From NCBI GenBank assembly GCA_963768175.1, contig CAVYGQ010000001.1:100481-164480 (forward strand): 64,000 bases of DNA. Direction: 5' to 3'. Both the position numbers and the translations under genes were made by a program. Position 1 is the stretch's first letter, and each line of letters starts with the position of its first letter. The stretch comes from Candidatus Doudnabacteria bacterium. GTDB taxonomy: Bacteria; Patescibacteriota; Doudnabacteria; UBA920. The notes beneath the pieces are model-generated. The model was not told the origin of the DNA, ran no database searches, and saw only the letters and a list, made by a program, of their open reading frames with translations. Of the stretch, positions 8,246-17,016 are shown piece after piece.

Positions 8246-9643
8246 ATGCAATCCGTCATTATGCATCTGGACATGAATAGCTATTTTGCCTCTGTAGAAC
8301 AGCAGGATAATTTAGCCTGGCGTGGAAAGCCTGTGGGGGTATGCGAACATTTGGGAGGCATTATTATTGCGGCTTCGGTAGAGGCTAAGCGTTGGGGCAT
8401 TAAAACCGGCACGCCCGTCTGGGAAGCCCGCAAGCTTTACCCCAAAATTATCATTAGCCCCACGCATCCGGACCGTTACCGTTTTTTTAACCGCTCTATG
8501 GTTAAGGTTGTGTCCGATTACACTTCCGCCGTGGAGGTTTACAGCATAGACGAGGTTTTTGCGGATTTGACCAAGGCTTGCAATGTCCGTCTCTGCCGGC
8601 GTCATTCCGAGCGAGTGCATCCGAGCGAGGAATCTCTTATTAGGCTAAGTGTAAGAGATCCCTTGTCCTCGGATGCACTCGGACTCAGGATGACGCCTGG
8701 GGAGAGCATGGCCGACCCTTTTGAAGAAGCTGTAAACATCGCTAAGGAAATCAAGCGGCGGTTTAAGGCCGAAGTGGGAGACTGGCTAAGGTGCAGCATC
8801 GGCATCGCCGAAAATAAATTGCTGGCCAAAATCGGTTCGGATTTTAAAAAACCCGATGGACTAGTGGTTATAACCGACAAGGGGCATCCTTGTGCAGCAC
8901 AAGGATGCCCCTTGTGGCTTTCTAAAGACGATATATACGATCGTCTGCGTCTTACCGACATCCCCGGTATTGGCCGGCGCCAAGAGAATAATTTAAACCA
9001 ACTTGGCATTAAGACGCTTAAAGAATTACGTGATTTTCCCAAAAGCCATTTAGTTGCCAGGTTCGGCAACATTATGGGCCATCATTTGTATAATATCGGG
9101 CAATTGCAGGGAACTTGGAAAGCTCCCGTCCATCAGGAACAAGAAATTAAGTCCATGGGCCATATGTATACTTTGCCGCAGGAGTTCCGCCGGCCGGAAT
9201 TTTTTATGCCCGTTCTCTATAAATTATGCGAGATGGTCGGCCGGCGCCTGCGCAGGAAGAGTTTAATGGGCAACCTTATTTACTTTTATTGTCACGATAA
9301 AGATTATCAGGGATTCGGCAAAAGCGTTAAGCTTGGATATTTTGTGCAGGACGGCAGGGAAATATTTTTGGTTGCCGCGGATATATACGCGGATCTGTTA
9401 CGCGGATCTAAACGCGGAGCGTTGGGGGTAAAGCTCATCGGCGTTACCGTGGCAGGCCTTCGGCCTTATGTCCATCAGCTTAGTTTGTTTGGTGATGTTG
9501 AGCGGCGGCTTAAGGCGACAAAGGCCCTGGACAAGATTAACGACAAATACGGGGAATTTACCATTTTGCGCGCGCAAATGCTGCCGGCCGGCAAAGCCTT
9601 TGCCGATTCCATAGGTTTTGGCAGGGTAAAGGAGCTTGGGTAG
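8246..9643 (+). CDS. dinB: DNA polymerase IV (Y-family, DinB) with two in-frame palindromic insertions
   Basis: The translation shows HLDMNSYFASVE, the finger/palm motifs and a little-finger domain. Insertions are encoded at 8594-8698 (family 1) and 8879-8915 (a perfect palindrome). Confidence 0.9.
   Translation: MQSVIMHLDMNSYFASVEQQDNLAWRGKPVGVCEHLGGIIIAASVEAKRWGIKTGTPVWEARKLYPKIIISPTHPDRYRFFNRSMVKVVSDYTSAVEVYSIDEVFADLTKACNVRLCRRHSERVHPSEESLIRLSVRDPLSSDALGLRMTPGESMADPFEEAVNIAKEIKRRFKAEVGDWLRCSIGIAENKLLAKIGSDFKKPDGLVVITDKGHPCAAQGCPLWLSKDDIYDRLRLTDIPGIGRRQENNLNQLGIKTLKELRDFPKSHLVARFGNIMGHHLYNIGQLQGTWKAPVHQEQEIKSMGHMYTLPQEFRRPEFFMPVLYKLCEMVGRRLRRKSLMGNLIYFYCHDKDYQGFGKSVKLGYFVQDGREIFLVAADIYADLLRGSKRGALGVKLIGVTVAGLRPYVHQLSLFGDVERRLKATKALDKINDKYGEFTILRAQMLPAGKAFADSIGFGRVKELG
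8594..8698. repeat. Family-1 palindromic element inserted in-frame in dinB
   Basis: ggcgtcattccgagcgagtgcatccgagcgagg ... cctcggatgcactcggactcaggatgacgcc encodes CRRHSERVHPSEESLIRLSVRDPLSSDALGLRMTPG. Confidence 0.8.
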
Positions 9644-9792
9644 AAAAGACAAGGACTGTCCTTTTGCAGGTAATGCCAAGTTTTAAGGACAGTCCTTGCG
9701 GAAAATATGGAAGTTCGCCGGGGCTGATTTTGACAAACACCAAAATAAATAATATACTAATTCAAGCATAGAATTAACTGAAATTTTAAAAT

Positions 9793-10593
9793 ATGGTTAA
9801 CTTAGATAATCCCATCCCATCTGATAACGAATCTCGGCCCGGCAAAAATTTAAATTATCCAGCCAAGATTATAGGCGCGTCAATAATAATCGGCGCGGTT
9901 ATGATTTCCGGCAGCTTATATTACGGTTTTAAAGAGCTGTATAAGCATTTGGATTACCTGATTCAGACGCCGGCTACCCAGGTTCAACCCGCCGCAGCCC
10001 CTTCTGCCACAGCGCCGTCGGTCGCAGCCCCAACCGCGGCTCCCACCACTGGCGCCGTTAACATTACTTTAAAACCCAATACTCCTTATTTGGGCGCCAG
10101 CAACGCCAATGTTACCGTGGTTGAATACGCGGACTATGAGTGTCCGTTTTGCGAGCAATTTTTTAAGAATGTTTTACCCGAGTTAAAAGCAAAATACATA
10201 GATACCGGCAAAATTAAGTTTTTCTACCAGGATTTCGCTTTTTTGGGCCCGGATTCCAACACCACAGCGGAAGCCTCCCATTGCGCCGAAGACCAAAATA
10301 AATTTTGGCAGTACCACGATTATCTTTTTAGCAACCAAGGGGCGGAAGGCAGCGGCTGGGCTACGTCAGATCACCAAAAACAATTTGCCGTGGCAATTGG
10401 TTTAAACACGGCGCAGTTTAACCAGTGCCTGGACAGCGGCAAATATAAGCAGGAAGTGCTGGATGAAACCTCCGCCGGCAAAAGTTACGGGGTCAGCGGT
10501 ACTCCCACGCTCTTTGTCAACGGTACGGCCATTGTAGGAGCTCAGCCTGCCACTGCCTTTGAAAAGGCCATTGACGCGGCGCTGAATAAATAA
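9793..10593 (+). CDS. DsbA-family thiol:disulfide oxidoreductase, membrane-anchored
   Basis: It has an N-terminal TM helix, an Ala/Pro-rich linker and a thioredoxin fold with a CPFC active site. Confidence 0.75.
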   Translation: MVNLDNPIPSDNESRPGKNLNYPAKIIGASIIIGAVMISGSLYYGFKELYKHLDYLIQTPATQVQPAAAPSATAPSVAAPTAAPTTGAVNITLKPNTPYLGASNANVTVVEYADYECPFCEQFFKNVLPELKAKYIDTGKIKFFYQDFAFLGPDSNTTAEASHCAEDQNKFWQYHDYLFSNQGAEGSGWATSDHQKQFAVAIGLNTAQFNQCLDSGKYKQEVLDETSAGKSYGVSGTPTLFVNGTAIVGAQPATAFEKAIDAALNK

Positions 10594-10945
10594 TTTTTTA
10601 CAGCACTTAAGCGGCGCATCTAATTGTGTCCTACCTTGTTAATAAAAGTATTAAAGATTATTACTTCAATCCCGACTGAACCGGAAGGACAGATATAAAC
10701 AACCAACCTAGAAAATGGCATTGCCGTTAAAAAATCATTGCGTCGCGCAATGGTTTTTCTAATAGCACGCCCGTTTGTCGGACATTCATATCCGTACGCG
10801 CAGTAACGGCAATAAATCGGGGCTAGGATTTTAAGCATTTGGCCCTTTGAGCTTTTTTATTTTTTATGTTATAATTTTATTAATAAATTAATATATATAA
10901 AAATCATTATTCCCGTGTAAGTCGGGAAAAAGGAGAAATAAAAAT

Positions 10946-11209
10946 ATGTCCGATCAGGAAGAGTATGGTAAAATGCTTACCGATTTAATCCAAAAGCAAA
11001 TGGTGGTGCTTGGTCCAAACATTGCTTTGGACAAAGCCCGTAAGGTTGCCGGATTAAAAGTCTCTGACGACGGGGTCGTTTTGGAGGTGACGGGGGATCC
11101 GAAACTGGTTTTAAAAGGCGTAGCCAACGAATATATGATGCTTTCCGGGCAGATTGTCCAAATGACCTTAAATTCGCTTTTGGAAAAATATCCGCAAATG
11201 AAAATGTAA
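10946..11209 (+). CDS. Hypothetical small protein
   Basis: It is preceded by an AGGAG-like RBS (aaaggagaaataaaaat atg). No motifs were recognised. Confidence 0.35.
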   Translation: MSDQEEYGKMLTDLIQKQMVVLGPNIALDKARKVAGLKVSDDGVVLEVTGDPKLVLKGVANEYMMLSGQIVQMTLNSLLEKYPQMKM

Positions 11210-11211
11210 AA

Positions 11212-11658
11212 TATAATCCGAATTATCCAAATACTGCAATCCAAATGACCCGAATTGTGGAAAAAGATTTATCCTACAAGATAACCGGTTTGTGTTTTAA
11301 AGTTCATAAAAAGTTAGGGAGATTTGCTAGTGAAAGACAGTATTGTGATGAATTTGAAAATTATCTAATAAAGGAAAATCTTCCATATGAAAGAGAGTTC
11401 GTAATCAAAAAGTTGTTACCTGATTCACCCGCAGGGAACAGGGTTGATTTTTTTGTTAAAGGGAAAGTTATTATAGACTTTAAAGCCAAACCTTTTATTA
11501 CCAAAGAAGATTATTTTCAGATGCAACGTTATTTGCAGGCAGCAAACCAGGAGTTGGGATTAATAATAAACTTTCGGGCTTATCGATTAACACCCAAGCG
11601 GATATTGAACAGCGGTTATTCGGGTCATTCGGATATTAATTCGGGTAATTAGGATTAT
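11212..11658. mobile_element. MITE-like inverted-repeat element, copy B, carrying a GxxExxY ORF between its arms
   Basis: The left arm at 11212-11256 and right arm at 11618-11658 are homologous to the arms of copies A and C. The ~360-bp interior is occupied by ORF 11245-11652. Confidence 0.6.
11245..11652 (+). CDS. GxxExxY family protein (PD-(D/E)XK-like fold)
   Basis: The GLCFKVHKKLG..E..Y..E.E... pattern is characteristic of the GxxExxY family, and the size (135 aa) fits. Confidence 0.65.
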   Translation: MTRIVEKDLSYKITGLCFKVHKKLGRFASERQYCDEFENYLIKENLPYEREFVIKKLLPDSPAGNRVDFFVKGKVIIDFKAKPFITKEDYFQMQRYLQAANQELGLIINFRAYRLTPKRILNSGYSGHSDINSGN

Positions 11659-13340
11659 TGTTTGAAACAAAAATGATTGTTAATATCCTCCTCATAATAG
11701 ATTTTCTAATGCTGGCGGTTGTTGTCAGCGCTTATATTTACGCCTCACTGCGCGAGCGCAAATATTTGCGCAAAGAAGCGGGGCAGTCACTGGAGCTGCA
11801 GCAAAAAGTTTATCAGGCCGAAGTTTTAAAAGAAATCAGTGAACGTATCGGTTACTCCTTGGACACCAATAAAATTGTGGATATTATTACCAGCTCGTTG
11901 GGCAACCTGCTGGATTACGACGCCGTCTCTTATATGGTTTTGGAAGAAGGCGGCAGGCCCGTGTTTAAATGCCACGTGCAAAATACCGTTAACCATCAAT
12001 TCATAGAAGACGTTAAGCAGAAAATGCTTATGTCCTACGAGGCCATTTTGGACAGCAAAATCCAAAGCAGCGATATGGATGAAAGCATTACCGGTAATAT
12101 TTTGGATGATAACCTAAAAGTTAAAGTGGAATCTTTTTTTAATTTGCCGGTGGTAATTTCCCAAAAATTAGTGGGGCTGATAAACGTGGCTTCCAAAGAG
12201 CGCGGCCGTTTTGGCGAAGAACAAGCGTCTATTTTATACGCCATTACCAACCAGGCGGCTACGGCTGTTTCCAAGCTCCAGGCAGTGCTGCAGAGCGAAA
12301 AAGGCAAACTGGAGGCGGTAATTTATTCTTTGGCCGACGGAGTCATAACTGTAGATTTAAACTACCATCTGGTTGTTTATAACCCGGTGATTAGGGATAT
12401 ACTGGGCATTGCCCAAGGCAAGCCCGTAACCATGTACGATATTGTCGATGGTTTGGCTGGTAAGGTTGATTTAAGGACTAAAATTGAGCAGGCCGTGGCC
12501 GAAGGCAAGGACATAACCTTGCCCGAAGTTATTTTAAGAGATAAAGCTTTGGAGTTGACCATTGCGCCGGTTAAAGACAGCCAGGGGGAGATTATCGCGG
12601 CCAGCGTCGTTTTTCATGACATTACCACGGAAAAGACTTTGGAAAAAACCAGGCAGGAATTTACGGCTATGATGGTGCATGAGCTGCGTGCTCCGCTAAC
12701 GGCTGTCCGTTGGTCTTCGGAATCCATGATCAAAAATTTAAGCCTGGCCTCCGGAGTTGGCCAGGCCAAAATTAAAGACACCATGCTGACCATTGAAACT
12801 GCTTCTAACAACATGCTGGAGCTGGTCAACGACCTTTTGGATGTGGCCAAAATTGAATCCGGAAAGTTTGAACTGAATCTTCAAGAGTATGATTTGGTAG
12901 AGGTTATTAACGATCAGGCCAAAGTTTTCAGGCCACAGGCGGAAATAAAGCATTTGGCGATTAATGTTATTACCCCGCCAAAGTATATGTTAAAATTTGA
13001 CCGCGTCAGGGTTGGCCAGGTGCTGGGCAATCTAATGAGCAACGCCATTAAGTATACCGACAGCGGGCAAATTGATATTAACCTTAACATCAATGCCGAA
13101 GAAAAAATGGCCACGGTTTCCATAAAAGATACCGGCATCGGCGTATCCCGTGAAGACCTGGCGGACCTGTTCAGCAAATTTAAACAGCTAAAAACCGGCG
13201 ACCGGAGCCGCAAAGGCACGGGCCTTGGGCTGGTGGTGAGCAAGGGGATTGTGGAAGCGCACGGTGGGAAAATTTGGGCCGAGTTTGCCGGGGAAAATTT
13301 GGGATCAACCTTTTCTTTTTCTTTGCCTTTGGATAAGTAG
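11658..13340 (+). CDS. Sensor histidine kinase (TM, GAF/PAS-like, HisKA, HATPase_c)
   Basis: The H-box MMVHELRAPLTAV is present, with N, G1 and G2 boxes (GNLMSNAIKYT, DTGIGV, GTGLGL). Confidence 0.85.
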   Translation: MFETKMIVNILLIIDFLMLAVVVSAYIYASLRERKYLRKEAGQSLELQQKVYQAEVLKEISERIGYSLDTNKIVDIITSSLGNLLDYDAVSYMVLEEGGRPVFKCHVQNTVNHQFIEDVKQKMLMSYEAILDSKIQSSDMDESITGNILDDNLKVKVESFFNLPVVISQKLVGLINVASKERGRFGEEQASILYAITNQAATAVSKLQAVLQSEKGKLEAVIYSLADGVITVDLNYHLVVYNPVIRDILGIAQGKPVTMYDIVDGLAGKVDLRTKIEQAVAEGKDITLPEVILRDKALELTIAPVKDSQGEIIAASVVFHDITTEKTLEKTRQEFTAMMVHELRAPLTAVRWSSESMIKNLSLASGVGQAKIKDTMLTIETASNNMLELVNDLLDVAKIESGKFELNLQEYDLVEVINDQAKVFRPQAEIKHLAINVITPPKYMLKFDRVRVGQVLGNLMSNAIKYTDSGQIDINLNINAEEKMATVSIKDTGIGVSREDLADLFSKFKQLKTGDRSRKGTGLGLVVSKGIVEAHGGKIWAEFAGENLGSTFSFSLPLDK

Positions 13341-13541
13341 GTATCGTCATTGCGAGGAGTTAGACGACGAAGCAATCTTTTTTTGGAAAGGTAAAGATTG
13401 CCGCGCAATTTAGGACAAAGCCCCTAAATTGCTCGCAATGACAGGAACGATATTGCCGTTATCGGTTTTCTAAATATTGTGGTATAATAAGGTATCAATA
13501 AATCCCTTCAAATAAGGGTTTAAAATTATTAAATAAAAACT

Positions 13542-13925
13542 ATGACAAAAATTTTATTGGCAGAAGACGACAAGCTTATTTCCAATTCGCTTTGCGATGC
13601 TCTTAAAACCGCAGGATTTGAGCCTGCTGTGGCTTATGACGGCGAAGAGGCTGTGGCTAAGGTCAAGGAAGCCTTGCCTGATTTAATACTTTTGGATATT
13701 ATGATGCCTAAACTAGACGGTATTTCCGTGCTTTGGGAGCTTAAAGCCAATCCTGCCACGGCTAAAATCCCAGTGGTAGTGCTTACCAACATCGGCGATG
13801 TGGAAACTATCAGTAAAATTGTGGAAGCCGGAGCTGTGGATTACTTGCTTAAGTCGGACCAGTCGGTAGATGATATTATCCAAAAAGTAAAAGACGTTTT
13901 AGCAAGGAACGTAAAATTAGCGTAA
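13542..13925 (+). CDS. Response regulator, receiver domain only (CheY-like)
   Basis: The translation has EDD, a phospho-acceptor Asp in LILLDIMMP and the conserved T and K residues. There is no output domain. Confidence 0.85.
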   Translation: MTKILLAEDDKLISNSLCDALKTAGFEPAVAYDGEEAVAKVKEALPDLILLDIMMPKLDGISVLWELKANPATAKIPVVVLTNIGDVETISKIVEAGAVDYLLKSDQSVDDIIQKVKDVLARNVKLA

Positions 13926-14022
13926 ATATAATCCGAATTATCCAAATGGGAACAATCCAAATGCTCCGAAAAGTAGAGCATTTGGGGCATTCGGATATTG
14001 ATTCGGGGAATTAGGATTATAT
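13926..14022. repeat. MITE-like inverted-repeat element, copy C
   Basis: tataatccgaattatccaaatgggaacaatccaaatgctccgaaaagtagagcatttggggcattcggatattgattcggggaattaggattatat. Confidence 0.8.
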
Positions 14023-14025
14023 TAA

Positions 14026-14444
14026 TGAAAATTATTTTACAAGACAGCAACCTTTACATCCTGCGTTTTGATAAAGGAGAGGAAGTTTTGGAAGGTATAA
14101 AAAAGTTTATGGGAGAGCAGGCTGTTTCGGCCTGCGCTTTTTTTGGCATTGGCGCTTGCTCCGTCGTTGAATTGGGGTATTTTAATATTCATATTAAGGA
14201 TTACCGGAAAAAACCTTTTACGGAAGAGCTAGAGATTTTATCTTTTAGCGGCAACGGAGGGTTAAGCAACGGTGAGCTGGTAATCCACAGCCATGGATTG
14301 TTTGGCAGGACGGATTTTACCAGCGTTGGCGGGCACGTTTTTAAGCTGATTGCTTCGATTACCTGCGAGATTTTTTTAATAGTATTAAATGGCGCTTTAG
14401 AACGCAAATTTGAAACTGATCTAAATTTAAATCTATTGGTTTAG
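14026..14444 (+). CDS. PPC/DUF296-domain protein (PD1-like DNA-binding fold family)
   Basis: The pattern EILSFSGNGGLSNGELVIHSHGLFG....VGGHVFK matches the DUF296 core. The likely start is the ATG at 14026, since the listed ORF start lies inside repeat copy C. Confidence 0.55.
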
Positions 14445-14453
14445 TGTTTCTAA

Positions 14454-14956
14454 ATGCCAAAAATAGGCAAGGAATTTTTTGTTATCGCCCATAACATCCG
14501 TTCCCTTTATAACGTCGGCTCAATTTTCCGTACAGCCGACGCTTTTGGAGTCCGCAAGATTTATTTGACCGGCTACACCGGCACGCCGGCAAACCCTGTC
14601 CATAAAAAGAAAATCGGCAAAGTGGCGCTTGGGGCAGAGGAGTGGGTGAGTTGGGAGTATTTCAAATCCGCTCAAGCGGTTATTCGCGTCCTCAAAAAGC
14701 GAAAGTTCACCATCGTCGGTTTGGAAAACAACGTCCCCCCTCTTATTTTAAGAGGGGCCAGGGGGTGATATTATTACCAAAATTCAAGCCCAAATTCCCG
14801 CTAGTCTTAATTTTGGGCGAGGAAGTTTCCGGAATTAACCACGCCTTGATAAAATCCTGCGATCGACTGATTGAAATACCGATGTCGGGCAAAAAAGAAA
14901 GCCTGAACGTTTCCGTGGCTTTTGGCATCGCGGCATACCAGATATCAAAAAAATAA
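14454..14956 (+). pseudogene. SpoU/TrmH-family RNA 2'-O-methyltransferase interrupted by a frameshift at a palindromic insertion
   Basis: The N-terminal half runs in frame 0 to a stop at 14766-14768. The C-terminal half (LVLILGEEVSGINHAL..IPMSGKKESLNVSVAFGIA) continues in the +2 frame. The junction lies in ccccccTCTTATTTTAAGAggggcc, flanked by C6 and G5 homopolymers. Confidence 0.65.
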
Positions 14957-15097
14957 TAAGATTAAGATATACTTGGTTATCGTTGGAAATTTGCAAAAAA
15001 TTGTAAAATTATGGTTTAATAATAAAAAATAGAAAAACAAGCGGTATTTTTCTAAACTACTGTGGATACAGGTTGGGTAAAGTTATAAAAATATTTT

Positions 15098-15128
15098 GAT
15101 ATCCCTTATTTAAGGGATATTTTTATTG
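15098..15128 (+). terminator. Rho-independent terminator-like hairpin
   Basis: gatatcccttatttaagggatatttttatt has a stem followed by a T-run. Confidence 0.5.
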
Positions 15129-15197
15129 TTTGGCGAGGTTTTATGAGCTTTGACTTATGGGGTTTTGTGGTATATAATATATGAGCAATGGTAAAAA

Positions 15198-15222
15198 GTG
15201 GATAAAGGTGGGGGTAAGTGGG
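15198..15222 (+). promoter_or_regulatory. Candidate MraZ operator: three GTGG(G) direct repeats with exact 10-bp phasing
   Basis: GTGGataaagGTGGgggtaaGTGGG lies ~100 bp upstream of mraZ, downstream of a TGgTATATAAT extended -10. MraZ is known to bind tandem GTGGG repeats in the mra promoter. Confidence 0.5.
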
Positions 15223-15324
15223 TATTTCTGTGTATAACTAAATCATAAAACATAAAACATTGAGCAAAAAGCATAGGACAAAATCAGTACTACCAAATGC
15301 TTCATGTTGTATGTCGTATGTTAA

Positions 15325-15765
15325 ATGATTTATATGTTTATCGGCGAATATCAGGCAAGCATAGACGACAAAGGCAGAATCTCCATTCCGGCCAAGTTTC
15401 GCCCGAGTTTGAAATCAAAAATAGTAGTTACCAGGGGTTTAGATAATTCATTGTTTTTGTATAGCATGGACGAATGGAAAAAGCTCGCGACCAAGTTGGC
15501 TAGTCTCCCAATTTCTACCGCTAACACGCGCGCTTTTTCCAGGCTCATGCTGGCAGGCGCCATGGATTGCGACATAGATAAGCAGGGCAGGATAATCTTG
15601 CCGGCTTATCTAAAGGCATTTGCCAAAATCGGCAAAAAAGTTATTGTGGCCGGTTTGTATAACCGCATAGAAATTTGGAGTGAGGAGCTGTGGGTCGCCT
15701 ATAAAGCGCAGACCGAAGCGGCGTCAAATCAGATTGCGGAACAGTTGGGGAGCTTAGGGGTTTAA
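15325..15765 (+). CDS. mraZ: Transcriptional regulator MraZ
   Basis: A duplicated SpoVT/AbrB-like fold with the DxxxR motifs (DDKGRISIP, DKQGRIILP) is present. Confidence 0.9.
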   Translation: MIYMFIGEYQASIDDKGRISIPAKFRPSLKSKIVVTRGLDNSLFLYSMDEWKKLATKLASLPISTANTRAFSRLMLAGAMDCDIDKQGRIILPAYLKAFAKIGKKVIVAGLYNRIEIWSEELWVAYKAQTEAASNQIAEQLGSLGV

Positions 15766-15901
15766 TAAATCCGAAGCACGAAATCCGAAATTCGAAACAA
15801 ATCCTAATATTTAAATTCAAATGTTTTAAACCCAAAGTTTTGAATTTCTGATTTTAAAATTTAGATATTGTTTCGGATTTCGATATTCGGATTTCGAATT
15901 T

Positions 15902-16840
15902 ATGACACCATATGAACACATTCCGGTTTTACTTAATGAGGTTTTGGAATATTTGGACCCTCGTTCCGGTCAAAATATTATCGACGCGACTTTGGGAGGC
16001 GGAGGGTATAGCCGGCAAATTTTAGACAGCATCGGATCGCGGGGAAGATTGTTATCTATTGATTTGGATGGGGACGCGATAAAATTTGCCGAAAATCAAA
16101 AATCAAAAATCAAAAATCAAAATTGGATTTTGGTTCAAGGAAATTTCGCGCACATTAATAAGATCGTAAAGAATCACAAGTTTCCGGCGCCCGACGGAAT
16201 TGTCGCCGACCTCGGGCTGTCTACGTATGAGCTTCAGCATCGCGGTATTAGTTTTCAGGCAAACCAGCCTTTGGATATGCGTTTTGATCTGTCACAGCCG
16301 CTGGACGCGAAATTTATTTTAAATAATTACAACCAAAAAAATTTACAAAAAATATTCAGCGAGTATGGGGAGGAAAAGTTTAGCAGGCAAATAGCGAGAA
16401 AGATTACAGATTACAGATTACAGATTAAAGAAATCAAATACACAAACGATCTTTATCAAATTATTGTAGAGGCGCTGCCCAAGCCGGTTAAACATAGGGT
16501 CGACGACAGCGCACGCAGGATTTTTCAGGCTTTAAGGATAGAAGTCAATCATGAGCTGGAGAATTTGAGGGAATTTTTACCAAAAGCCTTTGACTTACTG
16601 GCTCCGGGCGGCAGGCTGGTTGTGGTGTCTTTCCACTCTTTGGAAGACCGGATTGTTAAGCAATTTTTTACGGGACTGGCAAAAGGCTGTATTTGCCCGC
16701 CGGAATTTCCCCAATGCCTGTGCGGCAAAAATCCTAAAGGCAAAATTTTAACCAAAAAGCCCATCAGTGCTAATTCGCACGAATTAGCACTCAACCCAAA
16801 AAGCAAGCCCGCAAAATTGAGAGCGATAATTAAATTATGA
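15902..16840 (+). CDS. rsmH: 16S rRNA (cytosine1402-N4)-methyltransferase RsmH, with in-frame tandem-repeat insertions
   Basis: The translation has the HIPVLL start and the SAM motifs (DATLGGGGYS, VADLGLS). An in-frame AAAATC x4-5 repeat lies at 16093-16125 and a GATTACA x3.7 repeat at 16402-16427. Confidence 0.9.
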   Translation: MTPYEHIPVLLNEVLEYLDPRSGQNIIDATLGGGGYSRQILDSIGSRGRLLSIDLDGDAIKFAENQKSKIKNQNWILVQGNFAHINKIVKNHKFPAPDGIVADLGLSTYELQHRGISFQANQPLDMRFDLSQPLDAKFILNNYNQKNLQKIFSEYGEEKFSRQIARKITDYRLQIKEIKYTNDLYQIIVEALPKPVKHRVDDSARRIFQALRIEVNHELENLREFLPKAFDLLAPGGRLVVVSFHSLEDRIVKQFFTGLAKGCICPPEFPQCLCGKNPKGKILTKKPISANSHELALNPKSKPAKLRAIIKL

Positions 16841-17016
16841 GATACTGATATACGGATGCATTCGGATAATACCGATAATGCGGATATGGCGAAGCAGTAT
16901 TATCCGTTTCATCAGTATCAATCAGCATATCGGCATCAAATCTATGAAAATCAAAATCAAATCCGGCAAAAGCCAGAAATATAAAATCAAAATAAAGAAA
17001 CTAAAATAAAACAACC

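Noticed and set aside
9644-9792. Paired palindromes CAAGGACTGTCCTT / AAGGACAGTCCTTG after dinB as a transcription-factor site
   Set aside because: The same motif occurs inside the ybaK-like coding sequence, so it is more consistent with another hairpin repeat family than with a specific operator. It is noted within other findings instead.
10620-10838. Minus-strand Cys-containing ORF (72 aa) between the dsbA-like gene and 10946
   Set aside because: CRYCAYGYECP is suggestive of a metal-binding motif but matches no family I can name. It is plausible but unsupported, so it is not listed as a feature.
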